A stretch of DNA of 64,000 nt, taken from NCBI GenBank assembly GCA_965219445.1, contig CBDCNQ010000004.1:64001-128000 (forward strand). Reading direction: 5' to 3'. Positions 1 through 9,784 of the stretch are shown piece by piece. Position 1 is the stretch's first letter. Every line of letters begins with the position of its first letter. The translations under genes and the position numbers were made by a program. Below the pieces are notes generated by a model that was not told the DNA's origin, ran no database searches, and was given only the letters and a program-made list of their open reading frames with translations. The DNA is from Longimicrobiales bacterium (lineage in GTDB: Bacteria > Gemmatimonadota > Gemmatimonadetes > Longimicrobiales > Gaopeijiaceae).

Positions 1-1562
1 TCGGAGGCAGCGCTCACCATCGTTCCTGTGGCGAGGAACGCGAGATCGGAGCCCCGCCGAAGGATCTCCCACGTCCCGTACTCAACGTCCGGGATCTCGC
101 TCACGTGCGGGACGGCCTCGGGCACCGCGTCTCTCGGCCAGCGCACGGAGAACGGGCCGTCCTCGTGTCGAATCCCCAGCCGCACGAGCGCCATCATCTC
201 GGCCCCGTCTTTGGGGGCGGTCACCGTCATACCCGGAACGAGCAGCATGTAGGAAATGTCGAACGACCCGTGGTGCGTGGGCCCATCGGGGCCCGCGAGT
301 CCGGCCCGATCCATACAGAAAACAACCGGTAGTTCCTGGAGCGCGACATCGTGGATGATGCCGTCGAAGGCGCGCTGCAAAAACGTAGAGTAGATGCAGA
401 CGACGGGCCGGACCCCTCCGACCGCCGCCATTCCGGCAGCCGCCGTGACGGCATGACCCTCGGCGATACCCACATCGAAGAACCGATCTGGGAAGGCTTC
501 ACCGAAGATGTCGGTACTGGTCCCGTCCGGCATTCCCCCGGTGATCGCGACGATCCGGGAATCGAGTTCACCCAACTCTTTGAGTCCCTTGCCGAAAACC
601 TTTTGGTACCGAGGCAGGCCACCACTCTCTTTCTTCGCCTCCCCACTGATCTTGTCGAATGGCGAGGCCGCGTGCCACTTGTACGCGTTCTGCTCAGCGA
701 GGGAAAAGCCCTTGCCCTTCTGTGTGATCACGTGGACCAGAATCGGACCGTCCAGTCGGCGGACCCTGCCCAGGGTCTCGACCAGCGAGTCGAGATCGTG
801 TCCGTCGACCGGACCGATGTACCGGAAGCCGAGCTCCTCGAAGAGCATCCCAGGGACGAAGAGGCCCTTCACGCTCTGGTCCGTGCGGCTCGCAACGCGC
901 CTCACGATGCCTTTCGCGCCGCCCGGCCCCATTGAGAGCAAATCCTTCACCTCATCTCGAATCCGATTGTAGACCGGACTCGTCATCACGCCGGTCAAAT
1001 ACTTGTTCATTGCCCCAACGTTGGGCGCGATCGAATGGTCGTTATCGTTTAGGACGACGATGAGGTTCCGATCGGTGTGACCCGCGTTGTTGAGCGCCTC
1101 GTAGGCCAGGCCGCAGCCCATCGCCCCGTCTCCGATGACGGCCACGACACTGAAGTCGTCACCATTCAGGTCGCGGGCAATGACGGTGCCGAGCGCCGCT
1201 GAAATGGAAGTGGCCGCGTGGCCGGCCCCGAAGTGATCGTATTCGGACTCGTCACGCTGGAGGAATGGTGCCAACCCATCCTTCTTACGGATCGTCGGAA
1301 GTCGCTCGTTTCGGCCGGTAAGGATCTTGTGGATGTAGCCCTGGTGGCCGGTGTCCCAGATGAGCTTGTCCCGCGGCGTTTCGAACGTGTAATGGAGCGC
1401 CACGGTGAGTTCGGCAACTCCGAGGCTGGCTCCGAAGTGGCCCCCGACCTTGGAGATCACGTCGACGTGGCGTTCCCGGGCCTCCACGACCAGCTCGTGC
1501 AGCTCTTCCCGAGAGAGCCCTCGAACGTCTTCCGGTCCGTCTATTTGGTCCAAGATCGACAC
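1..1562 (-). CDS. dxs: 1-deoxy-D-xylulose-5-phosphate synthase (3' end runs off the window)
   Basis: Not in the ORF track because it has no stop in the window. Manual translation from GTG at 1562, after an AGGAG RBS, gives MSILDQIDGPEDVRGLSREELHELVVEARERHVDVISKVGGHFGASLGVAELTVALHY. TPP motif GDGAMG..NDN and FDVGIAEGH follow. Lies downstream of ispA/xseB as usual. Confidence 0.95.
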   Translation of the reverse strand, partial: MSILDQIDGPEDVRGLSREELHELVVEARERHVDVISKVGGHFGASLGVAELTVALHYTFETPRDKLIWDTGHQGYIHKILTGRNERLPTIRKKDGLAPFLQRDESEYDHFGAGHAATSISAALGTVIARDLNGDDFSVVAVIGDGAMGCGLAYEALNNAGHTDRNLIVVLNDNDHSIAPNVGAMNKYLTGVMTSPVYNRIRDEVKDLLSMGPGGAKGIVRRVASRTDQSVKGLFVPGMLFEELGFRYIGPVDGHDLDSLVETLGRVRRLDGPILVHVITQKGKGFSLAEQNAYKWHAASPFDKISGEAKKESGGLPRYQKVFGKGLKELGELDSRIVAITGGMPDGTSTDIFGEAFPDRFFDVGIAEGHAVTAAAGMAAVGGVRPVVCIYSTFLQRAFDGIIHDVALQELPVVFCMDRAGLAGPDGPTHHGSFDISYMLLVPGMTVTAPKDGAEMMALVRLGIRHEDGPFSVRWPRDAVPEAVPHVSEIPDVEYGTWEILRRGSDLAFLATGTMVSAAS

Positions 1563-1647
1563 GGGTCGACTCCTAACTTCGGTATTGACCACCATAACAT
1601 AGCCTGGAAGCGAACGTGCCCATACGCCCGACCCCATTCCATCTTCT

Positions 1648-2562
1648 CTACCTCTTACGCTCCACTACATAGGAGGCGAGCGCAATCAACGCCGGTGCGT
1701 CGAGCCGAGCGCCTCGAAGCGCCGTCACCGCCTCCTCTGCGTGTGCCCGGGCTCTGGCAATCGCCTCCTCCAGGCCATACAACCACACGTAGGTGCTCTT
1801 GTCGAGCAGGCCGTCGCTGGGGTGCTTTCCCAGATCGGCTGCAATCTGGGTCGCGTCCAGAATGTCATCGGTCACTTGAAATGCAAGTCCGATGCCGCGG
1901 CCGAAGCTCTCGAGCCCAGCGAGGGTCGCGTCAGTGGCACCGGCGGCGATGCCGCCGATCGCCAAGGAAGCGGTAAGCAACGCACCTGTCTTCATGCCGT
2001 GAAGACGATCGAGCGCCGTCGAGTCGAGACGCTTTCCCTCGCCCAACAGATCGAGCGCCTGGCCACCGACCATCCCGCCCGCGCCCGCAGCCCGATTCAA
2101 TTGGCTCACAATCCTCCGAGAAACCGCGTCGTCCGCACCCAGAGCGTTCGACGCGCGAAGAGCCCAGAGCGAGGCCGCCGGGACCAGCGCCAGCCCGGCT
2201 CGAGCCGTGGCTGCTTCTCCGAAGAGTGTGTGGGGGGTCGGCTGGCCTCTCCGAAGATCGGCGTCGTCCATGCACGGGAGGTCGTCGTGCATGAGGGAAT
2301 AGGCGTGAATCAACTCGGTCGCGGCGCCGAGGTCGTATGCCGCGGGCCCCATCGCCCCCCCGCATGCCCGGTACGCGACCACGCACAGGATCGGGCGAAG
2401 GCGTTTCCCCCCGCTGAGCACCGCGTGGCACGCAGGCCGGAACAGTTCATCGGGGAGCTCGTCACTCAACCAGTCACAGGCGCGTTCGAGTGCCCGCTCC
2501 ACCTCCGCCCTTTCGTCACGAAGAAGCCCTTCGAGGTCGAAGACGGAAGGCTCGGAGGTCAC
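1648..2562 (-). CDS. ispA: Farnesyl/geranylgeranyl diphosphate synthase (polyprenyl synthetase)
   Basis: GGKRLRP, HDDLPCMDDADLRRG (FARM), GQALD, KTGAL and FQVTDDILD motifs; xseB-ispA-dxs synteny. Confidence 0.93.
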   Translation of the reverse strand: MTSEPSVFDLEGLLRDERAEVERALERACDWLSDELPDELFRPACHAVLSGGKRLRPILCVVAYRACGGAMGPAAYDLGAATELIHAYSLMHDDLPCMDDADLRRGQPTPHTLFGEAATARAGLALVPAASLWALRASNALGADDAVSRRIVSQLNRAAGAGGMVGGQALDLLGEGKRLDSTALDRLHGMKTGALLTASLAIGGIAAGATDATLAGLESFGRGIGLAFQVTDDILDATQIAADLGKHPSDGLLDKSTYVWLYGLEEAIARARAHAEEAVTALRGARLDAPALIALASYVVERKR

Positions 2563-2897
2563 TCCGGCTCTTCCTCCAGTGGCCTGATAACGGGACCCTC
2601 CTCTGGGCCCAGAAGCTCTTCCACCTTGAGTTCCGCGACACGGAGCGTCGCTTCGGCTCCGCGCACATGCTCGACGCCCTCCTCGAACAAGCCGAGGGCT
2701 TCTTCCATATCGAGGTCGGCGGCCTCGAGGGATCGCACGATCTCTTCGAGGCGTTTCAGCCGCTCCTCCAGGGATGGAGCATCATCGCCCCCGGCATCCC
2801 CCACAGCATCGCCTCCCACATCGAAAGCGTCGTTTCCTCCGGAATCGGTCATGTCATCCCCCAAGGCGTCATGCGCCTCATCCTTCTTGGTGGTCAC
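2559..2897 (-). CDS. xseB: Exodeoxyribonuclease VII small subunit with acidic N-terminal extension
   Basis: SLEERLKRLEEIVRSLE..DMEEALGLFEEG..AELKVEEL core; directly downstream of xseA. Confidence 0.9.
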   Translation of the reverse strand: MTTKKDEAHDALGDDMTDSGGNDAFDVGGDAVGDAGGDDAPSLEERLKRLEEIVRSLEAADLDMEEALGLFEEGVEHVRGAEATLRVAELKVEELLGPEEGPVIRPLEEEPE

Positions 2898-4090
2898 GGT
2901 CCATCCCGTACTTCACACGGCACGGACCCGTCCGAGACACGGAGCACGAACCGGTCGCCTTGTTCGAAGGCTGCGACGGTCCGAAGGATCCTCCCGTCCC
3001 CACCCTGAGGGAGGGCGTACCCGCGTCGAAGCGTCGCCAGTGGTGAAAGCACGTCCATCTTGCCGGCGACTTCGGATAGGCGGGCTCTCTTGAGCGTCGC
3101 CAGCCCTCGGACCGCCGACTCCATACGGTCTCCCGCCCGACCAAGCGCCTCGCGCCGCGGTCGCACCAAGCCCACACCGGATTGCCCGAGTTGACTCAGA
3201 CGCATCGCCAACACCTCCCGCCGGCGGAAGGCAATTGTTCGTAGGGCCCCGCTCATTCGAGTTCGGGTCACCCCCAGTGCATCGCTCAGTCCAGCGCCGT
3301 CCTTCACAGCGGTTTCCGCACCGGCAGACGGCGTGGGAGCCCTGACATCCGCAACCAAGTCGGAGATGGTCACGTCGACTTCATGCCCCACGGCCGAGAT
3401 GACGGGGACCGGGCAAGCGATGATCGCGCGGGCGACAACCTCTTCGTTGAACGCCCAAAGGTCCTCGAGCGATCCCCCACCCCGTCCGACGATCATCACG
3501 TCCACCAGGCCGCTGCCTCCCAAGGCCCGGATCGCTTCGGCGACCTCCTCGCCTGAGCCCTCGCCCTGCACGCGCGCGCCCCGCACGATCACACGCGTCC
3601 AGGGGGCTCGCCTGCGGACCACCGTCAGAATGTCGGCGAGCGCCGCACCCGCCAGCGACGTGACCACGCCGACGGTCCCGGGTAAGTGGGGCAGCGCGCG
3701 CTTCCGCTCGGGAGCGAACAGGCCCTCAGCCTCGAGCTTCGAACGAAGCCGCTCGAAGGCCTGACGCCAAAGTCCCTCGGCTCCCTCCGCCTCGAGGCGC
3801 CGCACTACGAGCTGATACTCTCCCCGGGCCTCGTACAAGGTGAGCCCGCCGAAGGCCCTCACGGTCGTGCCCTCCTCCGGATCGGCCGGAAGGCTCGCCG
3901 CTTCGGTCTTGAACATCGCGCAGCGGAGTTGGGCTTGCTCGTCCTTGAGGGTGAAGTAGCAGTGTCCCGAGCGGGCACGAGTCCAGTTGGCGACTTCGCC
4001 GCTGATCCAAAGGCTCTCGACCGTGTCCTCGAGCAGGGTCCGCACAGCTCGGTTGACCTGTGTGACGCTCCAGACACGAGGCTCGGTCAT
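2894..4090 (-). CDS. xseA: Exodeoxyribonuclease VII large subunit
   Basis: WISGEVAN..SGHCYFTLKD OB fold, RGGGSLEDLWAFNEE, SAVGHEVD, RAPTPS. Confidence 0.96.
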   Translation of the reverse strand: MTEPRVWSVTQVNRAVRTLLEDTVESLWISGEVANWTRARSGHCYFTLKDEQAQLRCAMFKTEAASLPADPEEGTTVRAFGGLTLYEARGEYQLVVRRLEAEGAEGLWRQAFERLRSKLEAEGLFAPERKRALPHLPGTVGVVTSLAGAALADILTVVRRRAPWTRVIVRGARVQGEGSGEEVAEAIRALGGSGLVDVMIVGRGGGSLEDLWAFNEEVVARAIIACPVPVISAVGHEVDVTISDLVADVRAPTPSAGAETAVKDGAGLSDALGVTRTRMSGALRTIAFRRREVLAMRLSQLGQSGVGLVRPRREALGRAGDRMESAVRGLATLKRARLSEVAGKMDVLSPLATLRRGYALPQGGDGRILRTVAAFEQGDRFVLRVSDGSVPCEVRDGP

Positions 4091-4120
4091 GCTGGTCCAG
4101 TGTTCAGCGTGATGATCACG

Positions 4121-5044
4121 CTAGCCCTCGACCGCCGCCGACCGGACCGCCGCGGACCGGACCGCCGCAGACCGGACCGCCGCCTCGACCGTATTGAAGA
4201 GCAACATGGCGATCGTCATCGGGCCGACCCCCCCGGGGACGGGACTGATCGCGGAAGCCACTTCCTTGACCTCGTCGTAGGCCACGTCACCCGTCAAGCG
4301 GTAGCCTCCCTCTCGTGTGTCGTCGTCCACTCTGTTCACACCGACGTCGATGACCACGGCACCGGACTTCACCATGTCACCCCGGATCAGGTCGGGCTGC
4401 CCGATGGCCACGATCAGGATGTCCGCCTCGCGGGTGACTGCACCGAGGTCGGGCGTGCGGCTGTGTGCCACGGTCACGGTCGCGTTCCCGCCCGGTGCCT
4501 TGCGGAGCAGAAGGGCTGCCATCGGCCGTCCGACGATGTTGGAGCGCCCAACCACGACCACGTGCTTGCCCGCAGGGTCGTTCCCACTGCGCTGCAGCAT
4601 CTGGATGACACCGGAGGGTGTGCAGGGCGCCGGCGCGTCGGGATCCCCGGTCGCAAGCCGGCCCATGTTGACCGGGTGGAAGCCGTCGACATCCTTCGCG
4701 GGATCCATGGCCAAGAGGACGCTGGATTCGTCGATCTGATCAGGAAGCGGAAGCTGGACCAGGACGCCGTGGATCTCGGGATCCGCGTTGAGGCCCGCCA
4801 CGACCCCCAGAAGCTCGTCTTCCGACGTGTCCTCCGGCAACGTGACCTGCCGAGAGTAGATCCCGGCCTCGGTCGCGGCCTTGTTCTTCGATCTGACGTA
4901 CACCTGGCTCGCCGGGTCTTCGCCTACGAGGACCACTGCGAGGCCGGGCGTGAGCCCGGACTCCTTCAGATCGGCGACCCGCTTCTTGACCTCTTCGCGG
5001 ATCGAGGCGGCCATGTCCTTCCCCGATATGACTTCAGCGGGCAT
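4121..5044 (-). CDS. folD: Bifunctional methylenetetrahydrofolate dehydrogenase/cyclohydrolase
   Basis: YVRSK, VQLPLP, KDVDGFHP, GRSNIVGRP and PVPGGVGPMT motifs. Confidence 0.97.
   Translation of the reverse strand: MPAEVISGKDMAASIREEVKKRVADLKESGLTPGLAVVLVGEDPASQVYVRSKNKAATEAGIYSRQVTLPEDTSEDELLGVVAGLNADPEIHGVLVQLPLPDQIDESSVLLAMDPAKDVDGFHPVNMGRLATGDPDAPAPCTPSGVIQMLQRSGNDPAGKHVVVVGRSNIVGRPMAALLLRKAPGGNATVTVAHSRTPDLGAVTREADILIVAIGQPDLIRGDMVKSGAVVIDVGVNRVDDDTREGGYRLTGDVAYDEVKEVASAISPVPGGVGPMTIAMLLFNTVEAAVRSAAVRSAAVRSAAVEG
4130..4183. repeat. 15-bp tandem repeat (about 3.6 copies) encoding the (AAVRS)n tail of FolD
   Basis: gaccgccgcNgaccg units at 4130, 4145 and 4160, partial at 4175. Confidence 0.9.
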
Positions 5045-5060
5045 TCAGATCCCTCCCCAC

Positions 5061-6632
5061 CTACCGAGCGAAATCGACGGCGCGGGTCTCACGAATCACC
5101 ACCACCTTGATCTGCCCCGGATATTGGAGCTCACTCTCGATGCGTCGAGCCACGACCTCGGAAATCTGAGCCATCTCCTGGTCCGTCACCTTCTCCGGCT
5201 CGACCATGACGCGGATCTCCCGACCGGCCTGAATGGCAAAGCAACGCTCGACCCCCGGGTGCTCCATCGCCAGCTCTTCGAGCTTTTCGAGCCGCTTGAC
5301 GTACCCCTCGAACATCTCTCGGCGCGCGCCCGGACGTGAGCCCGAGATCGCGTCCGCGGCCGTGACCAGGAAGGTCTCCGGGAAGTGGTGGGGCTCTTCG
5401 TCGTGATGGGCCTTGATGGCGTTGAGCACGATCTCGGTCTCCTTGTGCTTCTTGCAGAGGCGATAACCGAGCTCGACGTGCGTGCCCTCGTGCTCGTGCG
5501 TGAGTCCCTTGCCGACGTCGTGAAGCAGGCCAGCGCGTTTGGTTTGCTGGACGTCGAGACCCATCTCCGCGGCCATGCTCCCGGCCAACCGCGCCACTTC
5601 CTTGGCGTGCTGAAGCTGATTCTGGCCGTAGGAAGTCCGAAACTTCAATCGCCCCAGAGTCTTGACGATCTCTTGGTGCACGTTGTGGATACCGAGTTCG
5701 TACAGCACCTCCTCGGCCGCCTGGATCATGGTCTGCTCAACCTCCTGACGGCTCTTGTCGACCACCTCCTCGATGCGACCCGGATGGATACGGCCATCCT
5801 CGATCAGCCGTCCGAGTGCGATGCGGGCCACCTCTCGGCGTATCGGGCTGAACCCTGAGAGGACCACCGCCTCGGGGGTGTCGTCGATGATGACGTCGAT
5901 CCCGGTGGCTTGCTCGAAGGCGCGGATATTGCGACCCTCCCGGCCAATGATCCGGCCCTTCATTTCGTCCGACGGAAGCTGCACGACCGAAACGGTCATC
6001 TCGGCGGTCTGGTCGGCCGCCATGCGCTGGATGGCCAACCCGAGAATCTTCTTGGCCTCGCGGTCGGCCGTGCGTTGGGCTTCTTCCTTCACTTCTCGGA
6101 GCGTGTTGGCTGCTTCGGCCCGGGCTTCGTCCTGCAGCTCCTCCAGGAGCTCCTTCTTAGCGTCGGCTTGGGACACTCCCGAAACAGATTCGAGTCTCGC
6201 GCGAACCCGCTCCCGCTCCCGCTCCAGATCCAGAGTTTGGGTGGCGAGTTCCGCCGTGCCGGCCTCCAACTCCTTCGCTCGCTTCTCCTGCGCGGACTCC
6301 CGGTCGTTCAGATTGTCGAAGCGGCGGTCGAGGGCGGTCGAGCGCTCCGCAAACCGTTCCAGGGCCTTCTCGATTTCCTCGCGTTGCTTGGCTTCTTCCC
6401 TCTCCCAAGACTCTCGAAGCCGGATGACCTCCTCTTTGCCCTCGAGCACACGAGAGGTCCGGAGGTTGTCCGCCTCTTCCCCGGCACCGGCCAAGATCCT
6501 GGAGGCCTCATCCGCGGCGGCTGCTACAGCTTTTTTTTGACGCGATCGCTCCACCAAACCGCGTCCAACATATGCCACGGCTCCGAAGAGCAACGCCACA
6601 GCCACCGCCAGTCCATCAACCAGCGGATCCAT
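5061..6632 (-). CDS. rny: Ribonuclease Y
   Basis: N-terminal TM, coiled coil, KH motif (KGRIIGREGRNIR), HD domain (LLHDVGK), ADAISGSRPGAR, YPGQIKV. Confidence 0.97.
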   Translation of the reverse strand: MDPLVDGLAVAVALLFGAVAYVGRGLVERSRQKKAVAAAADEASRILAGAGEEADNLRTSRVLEGKEEVIRLRESWEREEAKQREEIEKALERFAERSTALDRRFDNLNDRESAQEKRAKELEAGTAELATQTLDLERERERVRARLESVSGVSQADAKKELLEELQDEARAEAANTLREVKEEAQRTADREAKKILGLAIQRMAADQTAEMTVSVVQLPSDEMKGRIIGREGRNIRAFEQATGIDVIIDDTPEAVVLSGFSPIRREVARIALGRLIEDGRIHPGRIEEVVDKSRQEVEQTMIQAAEEVLYELGIHNVHQEIVKTLGRLKFRTSYGQNQLQHAKEVARLAGSMAAEMGLDVQQTKRAGLLHDVGKGLTHEHEGTHVELGYRLCKKHKETEIVLNAIKAHHDEEPHHFPETFLVTAADAISGSRPGARREMFEGYVKRLEKLEELAMEHPGVERCFAIQAGREIRVMVEPEKVTDQEMAQISEVVARRIESELQYPGQIKVVVIRETRAVDFAR

Positions 6633-6739
6633 TTATCGGCTCCAAAATCGGACACGAAGAACACGCATCCGAACGGTGAGCGTTCGTTGTACCGTGTGAC
6701 AATAGAATTTCGACTCCCGCGGACGCAAGGAGCGCCCGG

Positions 6740-7039
6740 TCAGTCGCCGGAAATCGTGTCCTCTAGGCGGGCCGCGAGCGCATTCACCCGCTCGGCGATC
6801 TGGGAGCCGCTCTGTTCCTGCGTATCCTGCGCCTGAAAAAGCTCATCCGTGATCGAAAGAGCAGCGAGGATGGCCACCTTGTGGCCTTCGAGGAGTCCGA
6901 CCTGCTTCTTGATTTCGTGGAACCGCCGATTCACATACTCGGCGCAGCGCGCCGTGTACTCCGGCTTGGCGCTCGAGCGAATCGTGTGCTCTTCGCCGGC
7001 GATCCTGACGGTCACCGACTCCCTTCCGTCGTCCGTCAC
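6740..7039 (-). CDS. zapA: Cell division protein ZapA
   Basis: VTVRIAGEEHTI..AEYVN..KVAILAALSITDEL; pheT-zapA-rny synteny. Confidence 0.88.
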   Translation of the reverse strand: MTDDGRESVTVRIAGEEHTIRSSAKPEYTARCAEYVNRRFHEIKKQVGLLEGHKVAILAALSITDELFQAQDTQEQSGSQIAERVNALAARLEDTISGD

Positions 7040-7362
7040 GGCTTCTCCTCCATAAATTTGACTCGCGCCAAGAGTCGGTCCACGCCGGCGCGCCCCTCGT
7101 CGAGGCGGCTTCGAAGTTCGCGATTTTCCTCTTCGAGGCTGTGGAGCTTTTCGAGCATTTCACGTGGACCCTCCGCGCCGGAAGTCACCCCCTTGAGCAG
7201 CCCCTCCAGTGCCTCACTCTCCTGGTGCATCCGGACGACCTCACCCTCGAGCCGCTCGACCCGCTTCAGCGCAGCGTCCACAGCATTTTCCAGCCGTTCG
7301 ACGGCCTGGTCCGGTGACACACCATCCGAAGCGGTTTTCTTCCTAGAGCCGCTGCTCGACAC
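7036..7362 (-). CDS. Small coiled-coil protein (ZapB-like)
   Basis: Heptad-rich 108 aa, translationally coupled between pheT and zapA. Confidence 0.65.
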   Translation of the reverse strand: MSSSGSRKKTASDGVSPDQAVERLENAVDAALKRVERLEGEVVRMHQESEALEGLLKGVTSGAEGPREMLEKLHSLEEENRELRSRLDEGRAGVDRLLARVKFMEEKP

Positions 7363-9784
7363 CCAGACCCTCCCGGAGACGATTCACGATTTTCTCCACC
7401 ACCCGATCCACTTCCTTGTCCGTCAACGTGCGATCCCACGCCTGCAGCCGAAGACGAAACGCCAACGAGCGATGTCCCTCATCCACGCCTTCTCCCCGGT
7501 AAAGGTCGAACACCGTAACCCGCTCCAGAAGCGCGTCGCCGACCTCCCACATTTCGTCAGACACGGCGGAAGTGGGGACATCATAGGGGACGAGCAGCGC
7601 CAGGTCACGATCCACGCCCGGGAACGGAGAGAGGGGCCGGTAGTGGGGCGTGGTCCCGGCCACCGGTTCAGCCGGAAGCGTCAGCTCCATGGCCCAAACC
7701 TCACCGGCCCAAGCGGGTGCGTCGACTAGCTCGGGCCTGAGCTGCCCCGCGGCTCCCGTCGGGGTGCCGTCTCCAGCCGTCAGGGCAACGGACGTCGAAG
7801 GCACAAAAAACTCCCTGGCCGAATCCACGGCGGAGTCCTCAGCAGCGGGCACCCTCACCGCCGGCTCGTCCCATCTCGACTCCTCGAGAACGGTCTCTGC
7901 GAGGGCCTTCATGCCCGAGAAGTCGACCGCCTCTCCGGATCCGGACCAGTGCTCGGGTTCCCTACGCCCGGTGATTACGAAAGCGACGTGGAGATCCTCC
8001 CGTGGCGGCTCCCCAGCACCGGCCGCGTGGAACACGGTACCGAGCTCGAACAGCCGCACGTCTCTCGCCCCTCGGGCGAAATTGTACTCGACGTTCCGAA
8101 CCAAACCGGGAATGAGATACGTTCGTAACCTACTCTCTTCCATGGAGATAGGATTGCTTATCTCCACTTCTCCTTCATGTTCTGGAGCAAACGCCGGATT
8201 GGTCGCTTCGAACAGCCCTCCGACCGAAAGTACGGTTCGGAGACGGTCTTCGAGTTGGAACAGCGGGTGGTCCTCGACGGTGGTTGGTCGGGCCGCGACG
8301 AGGTCCTCCGGAAAGCGGTCGTATCCGTGCGCCCGCGTGATCTCTTCGATCAGGTCGATCTCGCGTGTCACGTCGTAGCTGCGGAATCCGGGAACGATCA
8401 CGCTCAGGTCGCCGTCACCCCCTGCCTCTCCACCCCCGTTCTGGACCGTGAATCCGAGCGGCGTCAGCAGCGCCCCCAGTTCGGCGTCGTCGAACCGGAC
8501 GCCGAGCACCTGCTCGACCCTGGCCGGCCGAAGTGTTAGCACCGAGGCATTCCAGGGCCGCGGCAGAACCTCCATGATCGGACCATCGACTTCGCCGCCC
8601 GCTATGGCGAGGATGACCTCCAAGGCGCGCTCGACCGCGGGAAGGTGACCCTCCGGATCCACACCCCGCTCGAATCGGTAGCTGGCGTCCGTGGAGATCC
8701 CCAGCGCGCGGCAGGTGCGGCGGATCGACTTCGGCTCGAAGAGGGCACACTCCAGCAGAATGTCGGTGGTGTCGGACGTGACCGAGGAGTGCATGCCACC
8801 CATGATGCCCGCGATATCGTGCGGCACCGCCGTGTCGCCGATCAACAGCATCTCGCTATCGAACTTGTGCTCGAGGCCGTCGAGGGTCTGCATGGTCTCA
8901 CCCTCGGTGGCCCTCCGCACGATCAGGCTGGACCCCTCCAGCTCGCCCAAATCATAGGCGTGCATCGGGTTGCCCATCTCCAGCATGACGAAGTTCGTCG
9001 CGTCGACCACGTTGTTGATGGTTTGCTGGCCAACCGCCCGGAGCCGGGCAACCACCCACTGGGGCGAGGGTCCCACCTTCACGCCGCGAATGATCACGCC
9101 GAGGAACCGATAGCACTGTTCCGGCTCGTCGATGCGGATGGTCACACCCCCGTGGGACACCTCGCGCTCGCCGCTCTTCACCTCCAGGGCGAGCGGGCTC
9201 GCTCCGGGCACTGGCGCGAGAGCCACCCCGGCGACCCCTCCTGGAGCCACCTCCCTCGCAATCCCTACGTGCGAGAGCCAGTCACCCCGATTCGGGGTGA
9301 CCTCCACGTCCATCCGCACATCGTCGAGGCCGAGCGCTTCGATCAGTGATTGGCCCGCTGAGACCTCCCCGGACAAAAGCATGATGCCCGACGAATCCCG
9401 GCCCAACCCGAGCTCCTTCTCCGAACAGAGCATCCCGTTGGAGTACTCGCCTCGAATCTTGGCTCTCTTGAGCTCGAGTCCGCCAGGGAGCGTCGCGCCG
9501 ACGGGCGCGAACGGGTAAAAGCCCCCTGGGTCGACCACCGGAGCGCCACATACGACCTGGACCACCTCCTCGCCGTTGTCGACCTCGCACAACGACAGGC
9601 GATCCGCATTGGGATGGCCCCGCACGGTCTTCACCCTCCCAATGATCACTTCCTCGAGACCGGCGGACACCGGGGTGATCTTCTCGACAGGCGCCCCCAG
9701 AAGGGCGAGGCGTTCCGCCAGCTCGTCGGGGTTCTCGCTCAAACCCGGCGCGAGAGACTTGAGCCAGTCGTAGGAAATGTTCAC
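7343..9784 (-). CDS. pheT: Phenylalanine--tRNA ligase beta subunit
   Basis: MNISYDWL start, HPNADRLSLC, EVTPNRGD, DASYRFERG, DLIEEI, C-terminal anticodon-binding domain. Confidence 0.97.
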   Translation of the reverse strand: MNISYDWLKSLAPGLSENPDELAERLALLGAPVEKITPVSAGLEEVIIGRVKTVRGHPNADRLSLCEVDNGEEVVQVVCGAPVVDPGGFYPFAPVGATLPGGLELKRAKIRGEYSNGMLCSEKELGLGRDSSGIMLLSGEVSAGQSLIEALGLDDVRMDVEVTPNRGDWLSHVGIAREVAPGGVAGVALAPVPGASPLALEVKSGEREVSHGGVTIRIDEPEQCYRFLGVIIRGVKVGPSPQWVVARLRAVGQQTINNVVDATNFVMLEMGNPMHAYDLGELEGSSLIVRRATEGETMQTLDGLEHKFDSEMLLIGDTAVPHDIAGIMGGMHSSVTSDTTDILLECALFEPKSIRRTCRALGISTDASYRFERGVDPEGHLPAVERALEVILAIAGGEVDGPIMEVLPRPWNASVLTLRPARVEQVLGVRFDDAELGALLTPLGFTVQNGGGEAGGDGDLSVIVPGFRSYDVTREIDLIEEITRAHGYDRFPEDLVAARPTTVEDHPLFQLEDRLRTVLSVGGLFEATNPAFAPEHEGEVEISNPISMEESRLRTYLIPGLVRNVEYNFARGARDVRLFELGTVFHAAGAGEPPREDLHVAFVITGRREPEHWSGSGEAVDFSGMKALAETVLEESRWDEPAVRVPAAEDSAVDSAREFFVPSTSVALTAGDGTPTGAAGQLRPELVDAPAWAGEVWAMELTLPAEPVAGTTPHYRPLSPFPGVDRDLALLVPYDVPTSAVSDEMWEVGDALLERVTVFDLYRGEGVDEGHRSLAFRLRLQAWDRTLTDKEVDRVVEKIVNRLREGLGVEQRL

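Noticed and set aside
6633..6739. Possible 6S RNA (ssrS) downstream of zapA
   Set aside because: The gap is only about 107 bp, too short, and shows no long rod-like complementarity
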